A stretch of 64,000 nucleotides of DNA from the human T2T-CHM13v2.0 reference genome, Homo sapiens: NCBI RefSeq assembly GCF_009914755.1, contig NC_060932.1; one strand, given 5' to 3'. The notes beneath the pieces were generated by a model that saw nothing but the letters and a program-made list of their open reading frames with translations, was not told the DNA's origin and searched no databases. Position numbers and translations under genes: made by a program. This document shows positions 23,731-33,035 of the stretch, piece after piece (position 1 is the first letter of the stretch; each line of letters opens with the position of its first letter).

Positions 23731-26690
23731 CTTAATAGATCTTCACTTTAATTAATCAAATAAAATGAATCTTTCAACTGAAGTTTACATTTGTCTGTTT
23801 GATCTACAATTTTGAAGGATATTCATAATATTTTGTACACTACAAAAAGCATATCTACTTTTATTTTTATTTCAAGCAGCTGGCCTGTGTATACAATCAT
23901 AGAGGAGAAATGTTTTTAATAGGGATATCATCTCTAAATTTTAGTGTGTTTCAATCTTATTTATAAAAGGGAGAAAAGCTTGAAAGAATACTTCAGAAAC
24001 ATTTTAATAGAAAAGTATTAAGTATTTATGATTCTATTATGTGCATTAAACTTTTGGAAAATAATTTAACTTCAGATGATATTTCAGGATCAGAATGTCT
24101 GAATAATGTTAACACATTTTTGTCATGATGTCTTAACATTAAGACAGTAAGACATTCTGTAAGATTGCATGATGAGAAGACATAGATAAAGTGAGAAGTT
24201 ATTGAGACAATGGGGCTAAAGTATTTATTAATGTTGACTAGTAAAATACAATGAGGATCTAGAAGATTTTATGTCTCCATAGATCACCACATCCTATTAT
24301 TCTTTTTCTACCATATATGGTAAAATCATTCACAAAAAGTAAAACAGGGAACTGTTTTGTAAAATTATGTATTTATGATAAATTATAGAATCATATCTTG
24401 TAAATTCACAGCATAAGCGTCTGAATCTATAAAATACATGTATGTATAAATATACAAACTTCTATTTACAAATAATTAGCTTCCAGGATTGTGTCTGATA
24501 ACTTTTAATGATAATAAATGTCCATGTCAGATCATATTTTGTAATCATAATCAACCTATCACTGAAATAATTTTTGAGGCGTTTCTCATATTTGAGTATT
24601 TCATAGTCAGCATTTCAGTATTGTCATCCATCGCTATATTCTCCTCATTACCAGGAGATGGCGCTGTGGGTTTTAAATCGCAAAGCTAAAAATTCCCAAA
24701 GCCGCGCTGAAATTTTCAGTTTCTTTCTTTCCTTAATTTGTGCACGCCAGGCAATCCCTAACAGTGTTTACCATTTTTTCCTCGAACAAGTTTAATCTTT
24801 AAAATTTTTTCAAATGTTTAATATTCTGTGATGATAAGATTCCAGGGGAAAGAAGGGTCTGACACAAATAAGCATAACAGCCCCCTAGGGAGGACAACTG
24901 AATGAAGGAGTTGTCCCAAGTAGGCGAGGCGGTATGAATTCCTCATAAACTCTTTTCACTAGTTTTGCTCTACCTGCACCCGCATGTCCTACATTGTTCT
25001 CTGAGGTTTCAGCAGTGATAATGCAGGCGCTAAGTTATTCGCTCACTGTACGGTCCCCCTGGCCTTCAAAGTCGCCAAAGTGGGGAAAGACCACGCAGGA
25101 GCCAGGTGAGACCCTCGCGGTGGGCTCGGGGACTTGTGTGTGCACCTCGCGCTGAGAAGGCTGCCTCCCGGGGCTCAGGGTTTGTCTTCAAGGTCTGTTC
25201 AAATTTAGGCTAACTCGTCCCCAAACAGTAGTGAGGACCAGTATGTTTTCTGTAAAATAGATACAGACAAGGAAAATCTTTTCGAAAGAACGCTATACGA
25301 ACAAGTTTCAACTTTCCCACAGTCGAAATTTTTGGAATTGCCAAGCAACTTGGAAAGACTAGCAAGACGGGGGGCCCTTGGCTCACTGCCAGGAATGCGC
25401 CAGCTCGCGCTAGTCCCCCAGCGTCGTCACCCTCGCTGTCCTCCTCCTCATGAGCCCACACATGTGGACCCAGTCTCTCTGAAGTGAGCTTTGTAGGACT
25501 CGGCGGCGAAGGGGACGAGAAAATACAGATGACAAAACGACGCCGAAAGGCTTGACCTCTGGGGCTAATCTCTCTGCCTCCGAGTAGATCCCGCGCTCCC
25601 AAATCCGGCGGGGGCGCAGTATGGTGAACCCCACACCTAGCTCCCTCAGCTGCGTGGGTTTCAAGCTGACCCAGGCGCCACCAGGCAGCCCCGAGTGGGC
25701 GAGTCAAGTGCAACTTCAAGGTCAATGTGCCTCTGACTGGGGCCTGGAGAGCTGCCAAGAATGCTGGGCTTGGAGCGCTGGGGTCGCGCCCCGCTACTGC
25801 GCCTTGGACCCCGCAGTGGAGGGCGCTGAGACCGCACCCCCCTCCCCGGGCAGTTTTCAGGAGAGGGTCCAGCTGGGGTCTCCGCGGTGGGGTCCAGAAA
25901 CGATATTCCGGGTTGGATTCTTCCTCGGTTGGGGAAGCACAGCTGGCGGAGAATTCCCACGGCTCTCAGTGGATTCGCTTTTCCAGAGCTGTTCTCAAGC
26001 AAAGTTGTCATTTTTGCCAAACTTTGTTTTTACTTTTTAGACTGTTCTGAAAGAGATAAATTGAAAAACACAGAGAGACAATTTTCCTTCTCAGAAGATA
26101 CACATAGCTACCCAAATTCAGACTTGTAACTTTTCAAACTAGTGAAGTAATAAACTATTTATCAGTACTATAAAAATAACAAAGACGAACTTCTGGCTTT
26201 ACTCTTTAGAGTAGATTATGTTCCATTCTGATTTTACTTGGGTTCCTATCTCAAATTTCAAGCAAATATCAAGATGATCATTAAGAAATTTAAATAGTAC
26301 CTAGAAATTAGTTTGGTCTGCAGCTCAATGCACTAATTTCAATGCGGTGCTGTCTGCTGAATATTTTAAACTCCTTTCAAAGCAGTAGGTGTATTCCCTC
26401 CCGCAGTAACAAAACGATATTCATCTTTACACAAGGTGCTCTGGCGTTTATAATTTGGTATCCAACACCCGGCCGAGAATGTTCCCTTTCCTGATGCTTT
26501 GGCCAACCGGCCTCGATAAGCCAACCAGCCCAGAACCAGGGGCGCTGGGCTGGGTGTTCCTCGGGGACGGCGCCCACTGCCCGCTTGGTCCCTGGAGTGT
26601 CCCGAGCTGCCTCCCATACCCCTGCTGCGGACAGAGTGGGGGCAGTCCTCTGCCTCTGTTTCCCAACTGCTTTGGTAACTCAGTGACTCT
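23731..26690 (-). ncRNA. Probable divergent/antisense lncRNA upstream of BHLHE22 (BHLHE22-AS1/LOC401463 region)
   Basis: Mainly recalled locus knowledge. The sequence is compatible: CpG-rich promoter-like DNA with a full CRE near 26.96 kb, a minus-strand ATTAAA at 23747-23752, and no credible CDS. Boundaries cannot be derived from sequence alone. Confidence 0.35.
24648..24666 (+). promoter_or_regulatory. CTCF motif (forward)
   Basis: TTACCAGGAGATGGCGCTG; one deviation from CCASYAGRKGGCRS. Confidence 0.6.
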
Positions 26691-28200
26691 CTGTGAAACT
26701 GCAGAGTCAGAGGACTTCCCTTCCGTAGTTTTCATTCTAAGCGGTCATCTGTGAGTCAGAAGATTTCGCCGTGGCCTGATTTCCCACCCTTTCTGCCCGC
26801 GCAAGCCGAAAGCGCTCATGTTGGCTTTTCCTTTGCCACTTTTCCAACTTGCCAGTTCCATCAGGAGCCCGGATCCTTGCCCAGCTTCTTGGCGGAGCCA
26901 AGTTCGAGCGCACAGATTTCCCGAGCTCCAGCGGCCAGGGGGCACTGTGTGAGCGGCTGACGTCACCCCTCCGCCCGGCCGAAACCAGGCGGCGGGATCC
27001 CACACAGTTGAGGAGAGGGAGCCGAGGCCGTGACTTAGGGCTGGCGACGATTAAACCAAGTAACGAGACACCGGGCAGATGTGTTTTCATTGCCCTGTAA
27101 GATAAATGCAGTGTTAAGTGCCTGACAACTTCCCAGAAGCAATCAGCAAAAGTTTACGAGTGCATAAACCTCAAAGACCATTCCCTATCGGTTGTTATAA
27201 GGCCGGTATTTAGAGCTTCCATAAATTCTTCGGCCTTTTCCCAAAGCAAAGTTTTCAGCGACTATTAAGCAGCCACCTCCTCCGGGAAGACTAGGGGGAT
27301 TTTCTTGAATTACAAAAGGAAGAGGCTTTTGGCTCCTACCGAGTAAAATGAAGTTGTGCAAAAGTTTGTTCCAGAAGCTTGGATGGCCAGGGAGAGGAGG
27401 GAGGTGGCAGGAGGTCGTGGAGATGGGGTCGGGAAGGGCCACGAGATGCGCTCAAGTGTTTGTTGCCTAAGGGCGAAAGACAAAGGTCCTGCGAAGATCC
27501 TGGGTCTAGCTGAGCTGGCAGGGCCTTTGCCGCCCTCAGTGTCGCCCCTGCTCTGCCATCCCGGCTCTGCCGCTCACAGCCCCGCATGGCACCCCCCACC
27601 AGTCCCTGACATGATCGATCCTTCGCCCTTCAAATGTCCACTTCGGGCCGGCAAGAATCCTGGCGCCCCGCAGAAGGTGGCAGCCCACAAAAAGGGCAAG
27701 CTGGCTGGAGAACTAAGTCAGACATTGTGAGATGTGTCCCCATCCTGCCCAGAGCCACGACCGGGCCAGCCTCCGCCCTCCCGAAAGTGACCCAAGGACT
27801 TTGATAAGTTAGTGTCATGCATACACGACCCACCTATGTTTAGAGAGAACCTTTGTTTATGATCCCAGTGAAAACAAAGCTGCTAATTGAAAAACAATAA
27901 CACTAGCGTGTCTTTAGCTTTCTAAAGGGAGAGGTTAACAGCTGCGAACGCCGGGGGAGGGACGGTGGGAGGGGTGCGGTGAGCGAGGGGCTGCCCTGCA
28001 TGTAAACAGCCTCGGGGTCCCAGACGAGACAAGTGGGACCGCTCAAGCCTGCAGAACCCCCGGTCTCGGTCCCAGGCACAAGAGCCTCCCGTAGCCCCGC
28101 CTGATCTTTCTCAGTCTTTAGGTTCCAGGACATCCAAAGGAGCGTAGGTAACCGACGTCTACGTAGTATTTCTGTCCCCGGAAGACTGGATCTCAGGGAA
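24900..28200. promoter_or_regulatory. Upstream CpG-island cluster
   Basis: Sharp rise in GC and CpG density in repeat-free sequence (25050-25980, 26450-27080, 27400-28190) relative to the AT-rich flank. Confidence 0.75.
26932..26965 (+). promoter_or_regulatory. Forward CTCF motif next to a palindromic CRE
   Basis: CGGCCAGGGGGCAC at 26932-26945 and TGACGTCA at 26958-26965. Confidence 0.55.
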
Positions 28201-30212
28201 TTATTATGGAAGATACTGCTGAGCCCCTTTCATCCTTTCCAGGTGAAAATACAGACATTTTTGTGTCGCCCTCACCCTTCCTTTATGAAATAAGGTGCCC
28301 AACTGTTCTGATATTACCATTCAAAAACAGGTTCTGTGGCGAACCTCATTTGTGAATCTATTACAGAGATTAATAGATTATTTCTCCTTTTTCAACTAAT
28401 TCTCAGTGGGGAAATTTAACCATATGGTAAGGAGAGAATTAGAATTTCATCACATTAGAGCAAAATGTAATGAAAAGAGTCCAACACCTGGGGCCAACTC
28501 CGAAAGCCACAATTAAAAGGTTTTTAATGAAACCAGAGAAACCAAAAATTGCATAGTCTTCAGTACTTCTGCCATATAAGAAAGAGTTATTGGAAGGTGT
28601 TGGGAAATATTGTTTTTACTTATGTCATAAGGATGAAAACCAGCTGCTAAATACCATGTGTACCCAGAGACCGAACTCAGGAGTGAGATGACCGCGTGTA
28701 CCAGTGCCCATCCGGAGAGGAGCACTTGTTTTTACATTCTCCCTTCCCGAACCCTCCAAGAACAACCGAGGCTGATCCAGATGTCCTTAAATGGCTTCCG
28801 GGTAAATAAATATGCATAAATGCCTCACTTCGTGTGGGAGCGGATTTGACTCCTGGTGAAGTTGACTCTTTTGAAGCAATCAGATTTTCATCTTAAGGAA
28901 AGTTTGAGAAACCGGTTTGTTTGTTTGTTTGTTTTCTTCCTGTTTAGGAAATTGTGTACTTCACAATTACCATCACTGTAACAGTTATTTGGAGACCACT
29001 GCAAAATCACTGCCACCCCACCTTAAAAAAAAATGGGCTGCATGATCACTTGCTCTTCATTTTGCTTTTTTCTTTCTTTTTTTCCAATCTGGGTAGGAAA
29101 TGGGCAGTGGCGGGTGTGGAAACGAGGCAGAGTGTTCGGGGGGACGACTGCTTTGCTCTCTGACCAGCTGAAAACCTAGAGTGAATTTTGGGCAAGCCAG
29201 CTGGGACACCACCTTCTCTCGGAAAGTCCCATCCCCAAATCCAGACCAGTCATCCTACGAACAGGGGTGGAGTATAATTCTCGCCCGGAAGGGTAATTTA
29301 GCACAAGCTGAGACAGCAGTGGCGAGGGAAGGGCAGTGGGGGGTGGGGTGCGGTGGGTGGGGGCGTCTGCTTTCCACAGGACTCCCAGGCTTCGCCGCCG
29401 ATCTACAATTTGCTGAAGGAGCAAAGAACATCCTCGGCTCTAAGTAGGGCTTTTAGTGTGCTCATTGATGAGTGAAAGTCGCCACACATGTCAAGCTAAA
29501 GGCAGTTGTTGGGTTACTAACAGGACCCAGCGCCTTGCAAACATATGCGCTAAGCTGTGTATACAGATGGCAGGCAGAATAATGGAGCAGGCGCCTTTTA
29601 TAAAGCTCTAGCTGCTGCCTGTCTTCAGACCTGGGAAATGAAACTATTCAGACTTGCGGCCAGATAGCGCCTGCGATTGTTTGTTACCGTTTTAATCCTA
29701 TTAATTAAAACGTTAACCTGATTGGGTAGAAAGCGCTGTCCCAACAGGCGAGTCTTCTTCATAATAACCTACTCAGAGATAATGATGTAAAAGACTCCCC
29801 CGTCTGTGGCGGCGGCTGTTTGATGGGTCCGGAAATCTCTTGAAGGTGAATCCAAGCAAGATAAACGGTGCGGAGAGGAGGCGCGGGGCTGGGCTCAGAG
29901 CGGCGGCGGCGGCGGCTCCACTCCCTCCGCGCCCACCCTCCCACCATGCGGGGCCGCGGCCCATGGTGAGCCCCAGCAGCCAGCACCATCGGCTGGAGAC
30001 GAAGAAGAAGAAGAAGAGGAGGCGGCGAGCGCGGGGGAAGGCGAAAAAGAAAAAGAAAGAAGGGGAGAGGGCTCCCGGCAGCACCAGGACCGACGCGCGC
30101 ACCAGCTCCGGAGCCCAGCTCGCGCGCGTCTGTGGGGCCGCCTGACTCCGGGGCCGAGGCGGCGGCGGCGGCAGCGGGCGCGGCGGCCCGGGCTGCGCGC
30201 CGGCGCGGGACC

Positions 30213-30884
30213 ATGGAGCGCGGGATGCACCTCGGTGCAGCGGCCGCCGGCGAGGACGACCTCTTCCTGCACAAGAGCCTGAGCGCCTCCACCTCCAAGC
30301 GCTTGGAAGCGGCTTTCCGCTCCACGCCCCCGGGCATGGACCTGTCCCTGGCGCCGCCGCCTCGGGAACGCCCGGCGTCCTCCTCCTCGTCGCCCCTGGG
30401 CTGCTTCGAGCCGGCTGACCCCGAGGGGGCAGGGCTGCTGTTGCCGCCGCCTGGAGGAGGCGGCGGCGGCAGCGCGGGAAGTGGCGGCGGCGGCGGCGGC
30501 GGGGTGGGTGTCCCCGGGCTGCTAGTAGGTTCAGCCGGCGTTGGGGGCGACCCTAGCCTAAGCAGCCTGCCGGCCGGGGCCGCCCTTTGCCTCAAGTACG
30601 GCGAAAGCGCGAGCCGGGGCTCGGTGGCCGAGAGCAGCGGCGGCGAGCAGAGCCCCGACGACGACAGCGACGGTCGCTGCGAGCTCGTGCTGCGGGCCGG
30701 AGTAGCCGACCCGCGGGCCTCCCCGGGAGCGGGAGGTGGTGGCGCGAAGGCAGCCGAGGGCTGCTCCAATGCCCACCTCCACGGCGGCGCCAGCGTCCCC
30801 CCGGGGGGCCTGGGCGGCGGCGGCGGCGGGGGTAGCAGCAGCGGTAGCAGTGGCGGCGGTGGCGGTAGCGGTAGCGGCAGCGGC

Positions 30885-30916
<32 letters not shown>

Positions 30917-31358
30917 GAAATCCAAAGAGCAAAAGGCGCTGCGGCTTAACATCAATGCCCGAGAGCGCCGGCGGATGCACGACCTGAACGACGCGCTGGA
31001 CGAGCTGCGCGCGGTGATCCCCTACGCGCACAGCCCCTCGGTGCGAAAGCTCTCCAAGATCGCCACGCTGCTGCTCGCCAAGAACTACATCCTCATGCAG
31101 GCGCAGGCCCTGGAGGAGATGCGGCGCCTAGTCGCCTACCTCAACCAGGGCCAGGCCATCTCGGCTGCCTCCCTGCCCAGCTCGGCGGCTGCAGCGGCAG
31201 CAGCTGCTGCCCTGCACCCGGCGCTCGGCGCCTACGAGCAGGCAGCCGGCTACCCGTTCAGCGCCGGACTGCCCCCGGCTGCCTCCTGCCCGGAGAAGTG
31301 CGCCCTGTTTAACAGCGTCTCCTCCAGCCTCTGCAAACAGTGCACGGAGAAGCCTTAA
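30213..31358 (+). CDS. BHLHE22: Class E bHLH transcription factor 22 (BHLHB5/Beta3), single exon, 381 aa
   Basis: ATG in strong context (gggaccATGG) starting [23 protein letters not shown]. Olig/Beta3-type bHLH domain [52 protein letters not shown]. Gly/Ser/Ala tracts; C-terminus LCKQCTEKP*. Confidence 0.98.
30888..30914 (+). repeat. (AGC)9 coding trinucleotide repeat (poly-Ser), beside GGC-rich poly-Gly tracts
   Basis: Nine perfect agc units just upstream of the basic region; GGC runs near 30483-30500 and 30813-30829. Confidence 0.9.
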
Positions 31359-31924
31359 ACACACCCCCGAAAAACACAAGACCGACCCAAAATCTAGAGG
31401 AAAGCGAAAAGCTGCTCCCCACCCCCTTTATTTTGGTCCTCTCGTAGTTGTGAAACACTTGCAGAGCAAACAAAGCAGAGGCAAGAACTGAGGAGAAGTA
31501 TCAGAGACAAACGGGACTTTTAGCCTTGACATCCCCAGAATCTCGGTCTTTGGGGTGGGGAGGGAGGGAGGAGGGAGGTGGAGTTGGGATGGAGTATGGA
31601 TGTCTTTTTTTTCTCAGAAAAGTGGCAACTTTGGTGGCAGCCTAGACCGCGAGGAAGTGGAATCTTCCTTAAAGGTGAAACATAAGTTGAGAAGTAGTGC
31701 TTGGTTATTAAGCCTGGAGAGTGTTTGAATGGCAAAATACTAATCCTACTAATAATTGTGGATTTGGCTAGTGCTGAGGGGGAGAGGAGGGGTTAGGGGT
31801 TGGGTAGCATGAGAGATGGAATATTCATTCAGACAAATCAGAAAGGGCACTTGAAAATAAATTTTGATTCTGAGCCAGGAGAAAAACTTGAAATGTTGAC
31901 TTAAGTGAGGGGGAAATAAAACCC

Positions 31925-31925
<1 letters not shown>

Positions 31926-31953
<28 letters not shown>
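31926..31953 (+). repeat. (GA)n microsatellite
   Basis: agagagagagagagagcgagagagagaga. Confidence 0.9.
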
Positions 31954-31955
<2 letters not shown>

Positions 31956-33029
31956 TGTTACTATGAAAGACTTGTATTTTTTATTGTCTCTGAACTTTAA
32001 TCCTGTGAAAATGCTCAAAGTTTTGGCGAGAGTGATATAAAAAAACTGACTGTGGCTGAAAGAATTGCATTTAAAAATATTTATGTGCACCTTGTTACTT
32101 TCTACTCTGCAATGATGTATTAACAATTCATGGTATTTATTTGTTATTCTTCAATGACCCTTCCACATCAACAGTATTTATCATGTGTTAAAGTCATGGG
32201 TCTTATGTGCAGATTTTTTTAATGCCTCTAAAATTGTTTTATAGATTACTTATGCTGTGTGCCAAGTGTTTAAAGGTTTATTTGCCAACAAGTATGAAGA
32301 GAAATATTGATGTATCTGAGCTGCTTAGGTTTATGAAAGGTCACCTGGATATTTTCAGTTGCATCATCCCTGTATTTAAATTGAGCTTTAATAAATTGCT
32401 TCAGTCCAAAAATTACAGGAAAGGTGTATTCTTAATTGATGAATGAATTGATCTCTTTTTTGAAAGGGGACTCCTTTACATTCCAAAAGGGAAAAACATC
32501 ACAGCAATAGTTGCTATACGTAAGAACATGCTAAGCAAATATTTTTCCAGGCTGTGCTGTGCATTTTTAAAAGGTCTAATTTAATTGCTTTTAATATATA
32601 TGTACATATATGTTATTTTAACTGTGGAGAATTATTTAAGTTAAAAGACTGGTTTGATTTGCCTATGGTGTGAAATCCTTTGTTATTTTTCTAAAAAAAT
32701 AAAATTTAAAAAGAAAGAAAACTAAGGAAGAACAAGAAGCTATTTACCCAAAGTGAGCTTTCAGTTTTAGTTTTGCATGGCTGTTTGACTGCCTTTCCGC
32801 CCTATGAAAATCAAGAAAATCTTTTTTAAAAATGGAGTCCTGCTATTTTCCACTCCTTGCAGATAATACAAATTCAGTTTGTCAGGTTGGATGGTGAGTT
32901 GGGAGCTGTGATGGATCTGTTGGCGGGTTTTGGATGTGTAAAGAATGATATATATATTAAATAGGTCAATCAGACTATGACAGCTATGTACGACCATTTG
33001 TATGTGTATCTATGTCAGAAAGAATCTTT

Positions 33030-33035
33030 ATTAAA
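33030..33035 (+). terminator. Likely BHLHE22 poly(A) signal ATTAAA
   Basis: UGUA motifs upstream (e.g. 32999) and a U/GU-rich downstream element (attttattatgctgtgctttgtgg). Confidence 0.55.

Larger units (their letters stand above)
29200..31400. promoter_or_regulatory. CpG island covering the BHLHE22 promoter, 5' leader and CDS
   Basis: Very high GC and CpG content. Upstream elements include E-boxes (CATATG 29542, CAGATGG 29564), TAATTA 29702 and a reverse CCAAT (ATTGG 29721-29725). Confidence 0.85.

Noticed and set aside
25210-27833. Many overlapping 80-180 aa ORFs in the upstream CpG islands
   Set aside because: Explained by low stop-codon frequency; no domain and no consistent exon structure.
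29980-30096. REST/RE1-like CAGCACC half-sites in the BHLHE22 leader
   Set aside because: The right half (GGACAG) is missing or mis-spaced, so there is no canonical RE1.
30132-30212. GTG-initiated 408-aa version of BHLHE22 in the ORF track
   Set aside because: The ORF finder allows non-ATG starts; the strong-context ATG at 30213 gives the expected 381 aa.
29759-30955. 398-aa antisense ORF and other ORFs overlapping BHLHE22
   Set aside because: Shadow of a GC-rich, stop-poor CDS; the Pro/Leu runs mirror the Gly/Ser codons and no domain is recognisable.
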